Part shown: piece by piece, positions 40,784 through 51,392 of the stretch
How the letters are laid out: every line of letters starts with the position of its first letter
How positions within the stretch are numbered: the stretch's first letter is position 1
DNA from: Candidatus Olsenella excrementavium
GTDB taxonomy: Bacteria; Actinomycetota; Coriobacteriia; Coriobacteriales; Atopobiaceae
Assembly: GCA_019115965.1 (NCBI GenBank)
Contig: DXCP01000016.1
Coordinates: 6,003-70,002, forward strand
Reading direction: 5' to 3'
DNA length: 64,000 nt
Position numbers and translations under genes: made by a program
Notes under the pieces: model-generated
Told to the model about the DNA's origin: nothing
Database searches by the model: none
Seen by the model: the letters and a program-made list of their open reading frames with translations, nothing else

Positions 40784-41740
40784 ATGTTTGGAAGCTTCAT
40801 CGGTGTCCTCGTCCTGCTGGTGATCGTCTTCGTGATCGTCGGCATCGTCACCGGCAACCTCTTCTACGTGGTCAAGCAGCAGCATGCCGTCATCATCGAG
40901 CGTCTGGGCAAGTTCCATCGCATCGTGGGCGCGGGCTTCCACGCTAAGATTCCGTTCGTGGACCGCAAGGCCGCCACGGTGAGCCTGCGCACGATGAAGA
41001 ACGGCTTCAACATCGACGTCAAGACGCAGGACAACGTCACGATTGGTCTCGAGGTCTCCGCGCAGTACCACGTGAGCTACGAGACCGGTGCCACGCCGCA
41101 GCAGTCCGGCGTCTACAAGAGCTACTACATGCTGCAGCAGCCTGTGGCGCAGATGCGCGACTTCATCACCGACGCGCTGCGCTCGTCGATCCCGGTCTAC
41201 ACGCTCGACGAGGTCTTCGCCAAGAAGGATGACATCGCGCGCGACGTCAACGACACCGTGTCCGAGCAGATGACCGCCTACGGCTTCACGCTCGTCTCGA
41301 CGCTCATCACCAAGATCGCGCTGCCGGCCGAGGTCGAGGACTCGATGAACCAGATCAACGCCGCCCAGCGCACCAAGGCAGCTGCGCAGGATCTGGCCGA
41401 GGCGGACCGCATCCGCCGCGTGACCGAGGCACAGGCCGAGGCCGAGGCCATGGAGAAGTCCGGCGAGGGCATCGCCAACCAGCGCAAGGCCATCGCCGCC
41501 GGCATCTCCGACTCGCTCGCCACGATCCAGGAGACGGGCGTCTCGGCCGCCGAGGCCAACCAGCTCTTCATGTTCACGCAGTGGACCGAGATGATGGGGG
41601 AGTTCGCCAAGGCCGGCAAGGCGTCCACCGTGGTGCTCCCGAGCGACTTCACGCAGACCGCGGGCATGTTCGAGCAGATGGTCGCCGCCGGCGCCGCCGG
41701 GCGCGACGCGGCGGTGCCGCCCGCCAAGCCGCAGCAGTAG
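40784..41740 (+). CDS. SPFH/band 7 domain protein
   Basis: IIERLGKF, KTQDNV, SMNQINAAQR, GEGIA.QRKAI. Confidence 0.9.
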   Translation: MFGSFIGVLVLLVIVFVIVGIVTGNLFYVVKQQHAVIIERLGKFHRIVGAGFHAKIPFVDRKAATVSLRTMKNGFNIDVKTQDNVTIGLEVSAQYHVSYETGATPQQSGVYKSYYMLQQPVAQMRDFITDALRSSIPVYTLDEVFAKKDDIARDVNDTVSEQMTAYGFTLVSTLITKIALPAEVEDSMNQINAAQRTKAAAQDLAEADRIRRVTEAQAEAEAMEKSGEGIANQRKAIAAGISDSLATIQETGVSAAEANQLFMFTQWTEMMGEFAKAGKASTVVLPSDFTQTAGMFEQMVAAGAAGRDAAVPPAKPQQ

Positions 41741-41813
41741 GGCAGACAACAGGTCTGGACGCGCGGGTCCCGGGCATGCGCCTGGGCCCGCGTTCTTCTC
41801 GCCGCGCCCTCGA

Positions 41814-41923
41814 TACGCGTTTTCCAACGTTTCCGGCCTTGATTCTGTTGGAAATCGCGTATCGCCAATTGTCCGTACGCGTTTTCCAACGTTTCGAGGC
41901 GCCATTTCGTAGGAAATCGCGTA
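41814..41923 (-). repeat. Family A element copy A3, inverted orientation
   Basis: Same geometry; loops are reverse complements of the RAATnnGGCCnnRAAA loop consensus. Confidence 0.9.
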
Positions 41924-42005
41924 TTGGACCAGCTTGTTAGGCGAGAAGGACCCCGGCTCGCGAGTCGTGACGAGCCGGGGCAGGGAGGGGGGCGTCGTCG
42001 GTCCG

Positions 42006-44942
42006 CTACAACGCGTCCGTGCGCAGGGCCTCGACCACGTTGGAGGAACTGCAGCGACGCAGGGCGTACGCGACGCTCACGAGAATCACGGCGAGAACCA
42101 CGACGAGCGAGATGCCGATCTGCGGCCAGGGCAGCTGGAACTCATAAGTGGAGTACGAGAGCGCCATGGCCTGGTAGAGGCCAACCGAGGCGAGGGCGGC
42201 CAAGGCAAAGCCAATCAGGAAGCCACGCAGGGCGTAGCTCGCGCACTCGTAGGCGATCATGCGACGGAAGGCCCGCCCGCCCATGCCGATCGAGCGGAGC
42301 ACCGCGAACTCGCGGCGGCGCAGGATGAGCGCGTTGGCGAGCGTGTTGAAGACGTTGGCCACCGCGATGAGGCCGGTGATGACGGCGAAGAGGAAGATGA
42401 ACGTGTTGACCGTCGTGGCCATGAGGCGCGACTGGAGCTTGGCGTCGGCGACGTTAGTGTAGGTGACGTCGAGTTCAGGGTAGTTCGCGGCGATGGCCTC
42501 GAGTGCGTCCTGTGCCCGGTTGGCGCGCTCCGCGTCGCCGCCGGTGTCGAGGGACATGCTGGCGCGTAGGTACCCGGCGTTTGCCGCCAGGTCGATGGCC
42601 GAGGCGGGCAGGATGAGCTGGAGCGTGCCCGAGGAGGTGACGCAGTCGGGCGGGTAGCCCGCAAGCGCGCCGACCTCTATGTCCTGCTCGCTGGCGACGG
42701 CCTCTTCGTAGGGGAGGTACTGCTCGTCGCCGTTGTCGTCATAGTAGAGCGCGCGCAGGCCGCCGGACGGGTCGTCCTCGATGCTGGAGACGAAGCGCCC
42801 ATCGAGGTCGGCGAACTCGAGCGATTCGATCGTGCCCGTGCCGGTGAAAGGTTGGTAGTTCGCGTAGCTCATTCCGTTGTTGATGTCGTACGAGTTCACG
42901 GCTATGGCGCGCGGGTGCGTGGGGTCGCAGAGCTCGCTCGGGTCAAGGCCAAGCTCGCCGACGTAGGTCTTCCAGGTCGCGTCGTCGACGAAGTCCAGGT
43001 AGACGCTTCCGTACCAGGAACCGTCCGCGTGGGGCGCCATGGCGGAGTCGAGGTTCGCCGCGTCGCCCGTGAGCATGCCCGGGGGGACGAGCGCGTCTGC
43101 GACGTAGGACGTGGTGTAGCCGTTGGTTTGCGCGCCCTCTACGCCGCGGGCGTCCTCGTAGAAGCGTGCGAGCGTCTTCTGCATGCTCGGGCCGTCCACC
43201 TTGCCGTCCGCGAGTGCGAGAGTCTGGTCGGCTGCGGCGCCTGTGGCGTCGATGTAGAGCAGAAGGTCCTGGCCCTCCATCGTGTCCACAGCCGTGTTGC
43301 TCGCGTAGCTCATGACGTCGGCGATGGCGCCCGAGGTGATGAGCAGCGCGACGGAGACGGCGAGCGCAGCCACGGTCACGCGAGCCTTCGACGAGCTGCG
43401 CGTGAGGTTCTTGTGGGCGATGAGGCCGGGGATGCCGAAGAGGCGCCCAGCGACACCGAGCGAGATGCGCGTGGCTTCGCCGTGCCTGCTGGCGCGTCGC
43501 TGGGCGCGCACGGCGCGACGTGAGAGGTGCACGTCCTGCGTCTGACGAATGGCGTCGACCGCCGAGACATGGCTCGCGCGCAGTGCGGGAACCCAGGCGC
43601 TCACGAGGAGCGTGAGAAGGGCGAGCACGGCCGAGATGCCAAGCGCGACGGGGCTTATGACAACACGCGCCTGATCGGTGCCAAAGAGCGCGGTGATTCC
43701 GTCGCCCACGAGACCAAAGACCGCGAAGCAGCCGAGAAGCCCGAGCGCGAGGCCCACGGGGATGCCCACGCCGCCGATAACGAGCGCCTCCACGAGCACG
43801 GTGCGGCGGAGCTGCCGCCTGCTCGCGCCGAGCGAGGAGAGCAGGCCGAACTGGCGTGTGCGCTCGGCGACCGAGATGGCAAAGCTGTTGTAGACGAGCG
43901 ACACGCCGGCGACGACCACGACGGCGGCGAGAATGGCCGCGATCTGGTAGAGCGTATTCCAGATCGCGGTGTCGGGTGTCACGCCCATCCACCGGATGAG
44001 GGAGGAGTGGACCGTGGAGCCCCCGTCGATGTCGCGCGACCACACGTTGACGATGTCGTCGGCGAGCTGCTCCGCCTCGGCGGGGTTCTCGGTGCGGAAG
44101 AGGACGGAGGCCCAGGTGGCGTCCGAGTCGTCGGTCATGACGCGCTCGAGGGCCGAGCCGTCGTCGTAGACGTACGCGGCGTTGCCCACCATCGCGAGCG
44201 TGGCGGAGTAGCCGTAGCTTCGGTAGAAGCCCACTACCGTGCCGCTCAGCTGGCCGAGGTCCGCGCTGAAGGACTCGCTCTGCGTGGCGTCGTCGATGTA
44301 GTCGCCCCGCAGGCTCGTCATGGTGAAGCTCACGCCATCGGTGAGGCTCGTGACCGTGCGCGTGCCGAGGTCGAGCGTGACCTTGCTGCCCAGCTTGATG
44401 GGCCCTCCGTCCGCGGTGGAGAGACCACAGGGCGCGAGCTCGACGTTCTGCAGATAGTGGGGGAGCACGATCTCCCCGGGCGCCTCCGGGGCATGTCCGG
44501 CTACGAGCTCGGGGTCCTGGACGAGGGGCTTCTCGCTGTCTTGCTCGGTAGGCCAGGTCTTGGCGTAGAGGTACTTGCCAAAGAGATCGCTGTTCTCCTC
44601 GCCGAGCGATATGGTCCCGAAATCGGCGATGCCGGTCCAGTCGACCACACCGGGCTCGTCCTGCAGACGGTCGAGGTCGTCGGCCGTGATGCCGGCAGCC
44701 TCGGCGTACCACCAGCCCTCGTCCTCGGCGGTGCGCTGGATGAGCGCGTCCGTGAGCGAGACGACGCTCGTCAGCACGGCGGTGATGAGCGCGCAGGAGA
44801 GCGCGATGCCGATGATGGAAACGACCGTGCGCACGCGGTTGGCCCTGAGTGAGCGCAGCGTGAAGCGGGTGAAGACGTTGCCGCGGGGCGCGACGGCGGC
44901 CGCGACCGCGCGGTCCTTCTCACCCTTGAAGTGCTTGGCCAT
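42006..44942 (-). CDS. FtsX/MacB-like ABC transporter permease
   Basis: YNSFAISVAERTRQFGLLSSLGAS, RRREFAVLRSIGM. Confidence 0.88.
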   Translation of the reverse strand: MAKHFKGEKDRAVAAAVAPRGNVFTRFTLRSLRANRVRTVVSIIGIALSCALITAVLTSVVSLTDALIQRTAEDEGWWYAEAAGITADDLDRLQDEPGVVDWTGIADFGTISLGEENSDLFGKYLYAKTWPTEQDSEKPLVQDPELVAGHAPEAPGEIVLPHYLQNVELAPCGLSTADGGPIKLGSKVTLDLGTRTVTSLTDGVSFTMTSLRGDYIDDATQSESFSADLGQLSGTVVGFYRSYGYSATLAMVGNAAYVYDDGSALERVMTDDSDATWASVLFRTENPAEAEQLADDIVNVWSRDIDGGSTVHSSLIRWMGVTPDTAIWNTLYQIAAILAAVVVVAGVSLVYNSFAISVAERTRQFGLLSSLGASRRQLRRTVLVEALVIGGVGIPVGLALGLLGCFAVFGLVGDGITALFGTDQARVVISPVALGISAVLALLTLLVSAWVPALRASHVSAVDAIRQTQDVHLSRRAVRAQRRASRHGEATRISLGVAGRLFGIPGLIAHKNLTRSSSKARVTVAALAVSVALLITSGAIADVMSYASNTAVDTMEGQDLLLYIDATGAAADQTLALADGKVDGPSMQKTLARFYEDARGVEGAQTNGYTTSYVADALVPPGMLTGDAANLDSAMAPHADGSWYGSVYLDFVDDATWKTYVGELGLDPSELCDPTHPRAIAVNSYDINNGMSYANYQPFTGTGTIESLEFADLDGRFVSSIEDDPSGGLRALYYDDNGDEQYLPYEEAVASEQDIEVGALAGYPPDCVTSSGTLQLILPASAIDLAANAGYLRASMSLDTGGDAERANRAQDALEAIAANYPELDVTYTNVADAKLQSRLMATTVNTFIFLFAVITGLIAVANVFNTLANALILRRREFAVLRSIGMGGRAFRRMIAYECASYALRGFLIGFALAALASVGLYQAMALSYSTYEFQLPWPQIGISLVVVLAVILVSVAYALRRCSSSNVVEALRTDAL

Positions 44943-44944
44943 GG

Positions 44945-45625
<681 letters not shown>

Positions 45626-45704
45626 GCTGCCTCCCTGGTCTTGTCGACAATTCTATGGTGGGGGAGGCACCCTGCGCGCGCGTGACGCGCGCGTGACGGA
45701 TCTG

Positions 45705-46742
45705 TCACACGATGGCCTTGAAGAAGACGACGTCGAAGCGGGCGCCGCCGCCGGGGGCGTTGCCGGCGCGGATGGAGCCGCCCTGCGCGGTGACGAGGCC
45801 CTTGGCCAGAGCGAGTCCGATGCCCACGCCGCCGGGGTCGACCTCGGAGCCGTCCGCGCCCGCCGCGCCGCCGCGGTAGAAGCGCTCGAAGACGTGCGGC
45901 AGATCATCTTCCGCGATTCCGGGCCCGCTGTCCTCCACGCGCAGGCGGAAGGCCAGTGCGTCCTCGCTCACGCTCACGCTCACGCGCCCGCCCGCCGGCG
46001 TGTGCTCGAGGCAGTTCTTGAGCACGTTCTCGAGGGCTTCCGCCGTCCAGGCGAGGTCTCCCGTAAAGCCGGCGCCCGGCTGCACCTCACGCACAAGCTC
46101 CACACCCGCCAGCTCGGCGGCGATCTCCAGCGGCTCGGTCGCGCGCTCCACGAGCTCGGCGCCGTCAACACGCGCCCGCGCGAAGCTCACCACGCCTGCG
46201 TCGATGCGCGCGAGCTTGAGCAGGCTCGACACGAGCCACTCCACGCGGCCCTCGAGCCGTTCCATCGTTCGCAGGCGCTTGACCTCGCCCGGATGCGTGC
46301 CGTCGGCGACGAGTGCCCCGCGCGTGAGCGACGTCATGAGCGTGAGGCTCGTGAGCGGCGTTTTGATCTGGTGCGAGACGTCGGCCAGCGCGTCCGCGAG
46401 CGCGCCCTTCTCGCGCAGCAGGTCCTCGTTGGCAAGCTCGAGGCGGCTGCGCATCTTGTCCAGCTCGGAGGCCAGGACGGCGAGCTCGCCCTCGCGCATT
46501 CGCTCGAAGCTCACGTCGCGCTCACCGTGGAGCACGGCGTCGACCTGCTCCGCCATGTGCGCGATGCGGCGGTAGCGCCGCCAGGTTGCTACGAGATGGA
46601 TGGCGAGAAGGACCGCGACGGTCGCGGCAACCACGGCGGCGGCAGTTGTGCCCGCAAGTGCCCACGCCGCGCCGGCCCCCGCGACGCCCACGACGAGAAA
46701 GACGACCACCGTGCGCCTGACCTCTGTGTTTCTGAGCAGCAT
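45705..46742 (-). CDS. Sensor histidine kinase
   Basis: SHQIKTPL, NVLKNCLEH, DSGPGI, GIGL; two adjacent TMs. Confidence 0.92.
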   Translation of the reverse strand: MLLRNTEVRRTVVVFLVVGVAGAGAAWALAGTTAAAVVAATVAVLLAIHLVATWRRYRRIAHMAEQVDAVLHGERDVSFERMREGELAVLASELDKMRSRLELANEDLLREKGALADALADVSHQIKTPLTSLTLMTSLTRGALVADGTHPGEVKRLRTMERLEGRVEWLVSSLLKLARIDAGVVSFARARVDGAELVERATEPLEIAAELAGVELVREVQPGAGFTGDLAWTAEALENVLKNCLEHTPAGGRVSVSVSEDALAFRLRVEDSGPGIAEDDLPHVFERFYRGGAAGADGSEVDPGGVGIGLALAKGLVTAQGGSIRAGNAPGGGARFDVVFFKAIV

Positions 46743-46762
46743 GCGTCTGTCGCCCGCCCGCG

Positions 46763-47443
46763 CTAACCCTGGGCCCGATAACCCATACCACGGACGGTGA
46801 CAATCAGGTGCGGGTCCGTCGGGTCGTCCTCGAGCTTGTCGCGCAGGCGCTTGATGTAGACGGAGAGCGTGTTCTCCTCCACGTAGGCGCCGGCGTCATC
46901 CCAGAGGGCGTCGCGGATCATGTCGCGCGTGACGACCCTGCCCGCATTCTTGGCGAAGAGCAGCAGGAGACGGTACTCCAGTGCAGAGAGCGGCACCTCC
47001 TTACCGTTCTTCTCGGCGCGGGCACGGTCGAGGTCGATGGTCACCGGGCCCAAAGAGAGCGTCGAGCGTTCCGGGCGGGCGCGGCGGATGGCGGCCTGCA
47101 CGCGTGCTACGAGCTCTCGCGGGCGGAAGGGCTTGGCGATGTAGTCGTCCGCACCCATGCCGAGGCCCGTCACGGTGGAGAGCTCGTCGTCTGCGGCGGT
47201 GAGGAAGATCACGGGGACCTCGGGCGTCACGTGCTTGATCGCGTTGCAGACGGCAAACCCGCTGCCCTCGGCCAGCGTGAGGTCCACGAGCGCCAGCGCG
47301 ATGTCGGCGTGCGGCGCGCAGGCGATTTCCACGGCGCCGGACTGGGTGGGGGAGGACAGCACGGCGTAGCCCTCGTTGGCCAGGAGCTCGGAGAGCCCCT
47401 CTACGATCAGCGGGTCGTCCTCCGCGAGCAGTATGCGCAGCAT
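46763..47443 (-). CDS. OmpR-family response regulator
   Basis: EDD, DLTL, GADDYIAKPF, TVRGMGY. Confidence 0.93.
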   Translation of the reverse strand: MLRILLAEDDPLIVEGLSELLANEGYAVLSSPTQSGAVEIACAPHADIALALVDLTLAEGSGFAVCNAIKHVTPEVPVIFLTAADDELSTVTGLGMGADDYIAKPFRPRELVARVQAAIRRARPERSTLSLGPVTIDLDRARAEKNGKEVPLSALEYRLLLLFAKNAGRVVTRDMIRDALWDDAGAYVEENTLSVYIKRLRDKLEDDPTDPHLIVTVRGMGYRAQG

Positions 47444-47640
47444 GGTCCTCCCTTCGTTTCCTGTATCCGAGTATAGGGGCCGAGAAGGACGCGGTCCCGT
47501 GACCCTTTCGTCACGCTCCTCCTGTGAACGGTATGTTTCGCACCGGTTAGCGGTCAGAAACTATGTCGGAACTGTGAAGGGAACTGAGTTGCTGCGCGCG
47601 CAACATGTCCGAGGCTCCAACGTACTAGGGAGGGAAACAC

Positions 47641-49434
47641 ATGAACGGAATCGTTATCGTGCTCGTCGCGGCCGTGGTCCTGGTCGCCGGGTACCTGCTC
47701 TACGGCCGCTGGCTCGCGCGCACGTGGGGCATCGACGCAGAGGCGCTCACGCCCGCGCGTCGCATGGAGGACGGGAAGAACTTCTCGCCTGCCTCGTGCT
47801 TTACGGTCTTCTCGCACCAGTTCAGCTCCATCTGCGGCGCGGGCCCCGTCACGGGCACCATCGCCGCGATGATGTTCGGCTGGCTGCCGGTGCTGCTGTG
47901 GGTGCTCGTCGGCGGCATCTTCTTTGGTGCCGTGCACGACTTCGGCGCGCTCTATGCTTCCATGCGCAACAACGGCAAGTCGCTCGCGCAGCTCATCGAG
48001 AAGTACATCGGGCGCACCGGGCGTCGTCTGTTCCTGCTGTTCAGCTGGCTCTTCACGATCATCGTGATCGCAGCCTTCGTGGACATGGTCGCCGGCACGT
48101 TCAAGGCGACCTTCGACGCCGCGGGTGCCGTTGACGCTGCCGCATCCTATGCTGGCGGCGCCGCCGGCACGATCTCGATCCTGTTCACCTTTGTGGCCAT
48201 TGCCTTCGGCTGGATCAACCGCCGCTTTGGCCTGTCCGGGTGGAAGGAGCTCCTGCTGGCAGTGGTTCTCTTCGTGCTCATGTTCGCCGTGGGTATGCAG
48301 GTTCCCGTGTACCTGGACAAGCTCGGCTGGTTCGCCGTCATCATGGTGTACCTGCTCTTTGCCGCCGCCATGCCGATTCAGACGCTCAAGCAGCCGCGTG
48401 ACTACCTCACTTCGATCATGATGCTCGTCATGATTGTCTGCGCCGTGCTCGGCATTTTCGTCCTCGGGGCTAACGGTCAGGCGAATATGACCGCTCCGAT
48501 GGTCGCCGACCTCAGCGAGCTCGCGGCCAAGGGCAGCTACGTCTTCCCGCTGCTCTTCGTCTCCGTCGCGTGCGGCGCGCTCTCTGGCTTCCACAGCCTC
48601 GTCTCCACCAACACGTCCTCCAAGCAGGTGTCGAACGAGAAGGATGCGCTGCCCGTCGGCTATGGCGCCATGGTGCTCGAGTCCTTTGTGGGCGTGCTGG
48701 CAATCGTGTTCGCTGCCATCATGTTCTCGCAGATCAACACCAGTGGCGCCGATGGTGCCGCGGTGGGCACCCCGTTCCAGATCTTCTCTCAGGGCGTGGC
48801 GCGCGGCATGATGGCCTTTGGCGTGGACGGCACGCTCGCTACCGTCTACATGACGATGTGCGTCTCTGCCCTGGCACTCACCTCGGTTGATGCCGTGGCG
48901 CGTATCGGTCGCCTTTCGTTCCAGGAGTTCTTCGCCAAGAGCAACGATGCGGCGGAGGAGGCGGGTGCCGACGCGACGGGTGCCGCCAAGTTCTTCTCCA
49001 ACACCTGGGTTGCCACGGTGCTCACGCTGGCGCTGGGACTCGCGCTCGCCTTTGGCGGATATAACAACATCTGGCCACTCTTTGGCGCGTCCAACCAGCT
49101 GCTCGGCGGCATGACGATGATCATGCTCGCGGTCTTCTGCAAGTGCACCGGTCGCAAGGGCTTCATGCTCTACGTGCCCGTGGCGTTCCTGCTGGTGAGC
49201 ACCTTCACCTCGCTCGTCCAGAGCATCATCGGCTGCGTGAGCGCGCTTTCCGCAAGCGGTGCGGCGGTGATCGCCACCTCTGGCCTGCAGCTCGTCTTTG
49301 CGATCCTGCTCGTGGTGCTCGGCCTGATCGTTGCCTACAACTGCCTGAAGGAGCTCTTCGGCAAGGCTGCCGGCTCCATTCCCGACGAGGACCCCGAGTG
49401 GTCCGACCTCGGTCGCACGAACTGCGGCCAGTAG
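47641..49434 (+). CDS. cstA: Carbon starvation protein A (peptide/pyruvate transporter)
   Basis: HQFSSICGAGP, GAVHDF, ACGALSGFH, WPLFGASNQLL. Confidence 0.92.
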   Translation: MNGIVIVLVAAVVLVAGYLLYGRWLARTWGIDAEALTPARRMEDGKNFSPASCFTVFSHQFSSICGAGPVTGTIAAMMFGWLPVLLWVLVGGIFFGAVHDFGALYASMRNNGKSLAQLIEKYIGRTGRRLFLLFSWLFTIIVIAAFVDMVAGTFKATFDAAGAVDAAASYAGGAAGTISILFTFVAIAFGWINRRFGLSGWKELLLAVVLFVLMFAVGMQVPVYLDKLGWFAVIMVYLLFAAAMPIQTLKQPRDYLTSIMMLVMIVCAVLGIFVLGANGQANMTAPMVADLSELAAKGSYVFPLLFVSVACGALSGFHSLVSTNTSSKQVSNEKDALPVGYGAMVLESFVGVLAIVFAAIMFSQINTSGADGAAVGTPFQIFSQGVARGMMAFGVDGTLATVYMTMCVSALALTSVDAVARIGRLSFQEFFAKSNDAAEEAGADATGAAKFFSNTWVATVLTLALGLALAFGGYNNIWPLFGASNQLLGGMTMIMLAVFCKCTGRKGFMLYVPVAFLLVSTFTSLVQSIIGCVSALSASGAAVIATSGLQLVFAILLVVLGLIVAYNCLKELFGKAAGSIPDEDPEWSDLGRTNCGQ

Positions 49435-49462
49435 GCCTCTTCTTGCCTGACGGCAATGGAGT

Positions 49463-49500
49463 GGGGACGGGACGCGCGAGCCGCGTCCCGTCCCCGTTTT
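49463..49500 (+). terminator. Terminator after cstA
   Basis: GGGGACGGGACGCG/CGCGTCCCGTCCCC stem then TTTT. Confidence 0.7.
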
Positions 49501-49519
49501 GGTTTTGGTCCGGCAAAAT

Positions 49520-49743
49520 GTCTGCAAAAGTGCCGCTCGTGATGAATCGGGATGATTCCGTCTGCAAAACTGTTGCTCATGATGAATGATTTCGCCGATG
49601 TACGTTCACATGGTTCGACCTTCTATCACCTTATATGGGGAAATAGAATCCGTCGTTGAATGAAGACGAAATATCGTTCGTCACGAACGCTTGTTTTGCA
49701 GCCGGGAGGCACGGTATTCATCACGAGCGGTCAAAGTGCGAGA
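49520..49743. repeat. Family E array: 2 forward + 2 inverted ~28-bp units, 40-bp period
   Basis: GTCTGCAAAA.....GCTCRTGATGAAT at 49520 and 49560; reverse complements at 49676 and 49716. Confidence 0.75.
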
Positions 49744-49783
49744 ACGGGTGGGGCGAGCCGACGGCTCGCCCCACCCGTTCTCG

Positions 49784-51169
49784 CTACTGAATCCCCGGGA
49801 TGCTCGGAATCGTGGCGAATCCGGCCTCGAGCTCCTCGTCGGTGGGAATGTGGTCCTCCATCTCGCCGCGGTTGTAGCGGTCGTAGGCGACCATGTCGAA
49901 GTACCCGGTGCCCGTAAGGCCAAAGAGGATGGTCTTGGCCTCGCCGGTCTCGCGACACTTCTCCGCCTCACGGATGGCGGCGAGGATGGCGTGGGAGCTC
50001 TCAGGAGCCGGCAGGATGGTCTCCAGCTTGGCGAACTTCTCGCCAGCCTCGAAGACGTCGGTCTGGCGCACGGCGATGGCCTCGAGGTAGCCGTCGTGCT
50101 TGAGCTTGGAGACGATGGGGCTCATGCCGTGGTAGCGCAGCCCGCCCGCATGATCGGGGCTCGGAATGAAGCCGTTGCCGAGCGTGTACATCTTGCACAG
50201 CGGGCAGGTCTGGCCGGTGTCGGCGAAGTCGTAGGCGTAGCGCCCGCGCGTGAGCGAGGGGCAGCTCGCGGGCTCCACCGCGATGAAGCGCGTGTCGGGG
50301 CGCTCGCCGCGCAGCTTGTCGCACATGAACGGGGCGATGAGGCCGCCGAGGTTGGAGCCGCCCCCCGCACAGCCGATCACGATGTCCGGGTATTCGCCCA
50401 GCTCGCGCAGGGCCTCGTAGCTCTCGAGGCCGATCACGCTCTGGTGCAGCACCACCTGGTTGAGGACGCTGCCGAGCTGGTAGCGGCCGCGGTTCTCGGG
50501 CACGTGGAGTGCGCGCTCCACGGCCTCGGAGATGGCAGTGCCGAGCGATCCGGTGGAGCCGGGGTGGGCGGCGAGGATGCGTCGGCCGGCCTCGGTTGTG
50601 TCGCTCGGCGAGGGCGTCACCGTGGCGCCAAAGGTCTCCATGATGTTGCGACGGAACGGCTTCTGCTCGTAGGAGCACCTCACCATGAAGACGTCGAGGT
50701 CAAGGCCATAGTGCGCGGCGGCCTCGGCGAGGGCGGTGCCCCACTGGCCGGCACCCGTCTCGGTGGTGATGTTGGTGAGGCCCTGCGCGGCGGCGTAGTA
50801 GGCCTGGGCGAGCGCGGAGTTCAGCTTGTGCGAGCCGCTCGTGTTGTTGCCCTCGAACTTGTAGTAGATGCGCGCGGGCGTGTCCAGCGCGCGCTCGAGG
50901 TTGTACGCGCGGCAGAGCGGGCTCGGGCGGTAGACCTTGTACATCTCGCGCACCGGCTCCGGGATCTCGAAGTAGGCGGTCTCGTCGTCGAGCTCCTGGT
51001 CGATCAGGGCGTTGGCAAAGACGGGGGCGAGGTCGGCGTGCGTGGCCACGGCGCCGTTGGGCAGCCGCATGGGCTCGGGCTTCTCGGGCATGTCGGCGCG
51101 CAGGTTGTACCAGGCGGTCGGGATCTGCTGCTCGCTGAGGTAGGTGCGGTAGGGGGTGGTGCCGGTCAT
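49784..51169 (-). CDS. trpB2: TrpB-like PLP enzyme (TrpB2)
   Basis: GSHKLNSA, TETGAGQWG, GSLG.AISEA, GGGSN, APESSHA. Confidence 0.92.
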   Translation of the reverse strand: MTGTTPYRTYLSEQQIPTAWYNLRADMPEKPEPMRLPNGAVATHADLAPVFANALIDQELDDETAYFEIPEPVREMYKVYRPSPLCRAYNLERALDTPARIYYKFEGNNTSGSHKLNSALAQAYYAAAQGLTNITTETGAGQWGTALAEAAAHYGLDLDVFMVRCSYEQKPFRRNIMETFGATVTPSPSDTTEAGRRILAAHPGSTGSLGTAISEAVERALHVPENRGRYQLGSVLNQVVLHQSVIGLESYEALRELGEYPDIVIGCAGGGSNLGGLIAPFMCDKLRGERPDTRFIAVEPASCPSLTRGRYAYDFADTGQTCPLCKMYTLGNGFIPSPDHAGGLRYHGMSPIVSKLKHDGYLEAIAVRQTDVFEAGEKFAKLETILPAPESSHAILAAIREAEKCRETGEAKTILFGLTGTGYFDMVAYDRYNRGEMEDHIPTDEELEAGFATIPSIPGIQ

Positions 51170-51206
51170 GACGCGCTCCTTTCGCAGTCGGTTCTTCGCG
51201 CACAAG

Positions 51207-51240
51207 AAAAGGGCCCCCGGAACTGAGTCCGAGGGCCCTT
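51207..51240 (-). terminator. Attenuator terminator in trpB2 leader
   Basis: Minus strand AAGGGCCCTCGGA...TCCGGGGGCCCTTTT. Confidence 0.85.
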
Positions 51241-51261
51241 ATGTATGCGTGAGTGGCCTCG

Positions 51262-51357
51262 TCAGTCCGAGAGGGGAGTCGTCCTTGTCCACCACCACGC
51301 GCGAGCGTCAGCGAGCTGCTGGGCGCCGAGAAGATCGATGTGCGCGAAGCGGGACAT
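51262..51357 (-). CDS. trpL: Trp attenuation leader peptide MSRFAHIDLLGAQQLADARAWWWTRTTPLSD
   Basis: 31-aa ORF with TGG-TGG-TGG, RBS GGAAGG, directly before terminator and trpB2. Confidence 0.85.
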   Translation of the reverse strand: MSRFAHIDLLGAQQLADARAWWWTRTTPLSD

Positions 51358-51392
51358 TGACAGCCTTCCGTTCGGAGACGATTGAGGGCAGC

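Noticed and set aside
47520-47600. LytTR-type repeats upstream of cstA
   Set aside because: GAACT/CGGT repeats are short and irregularly spaced, too weak to call
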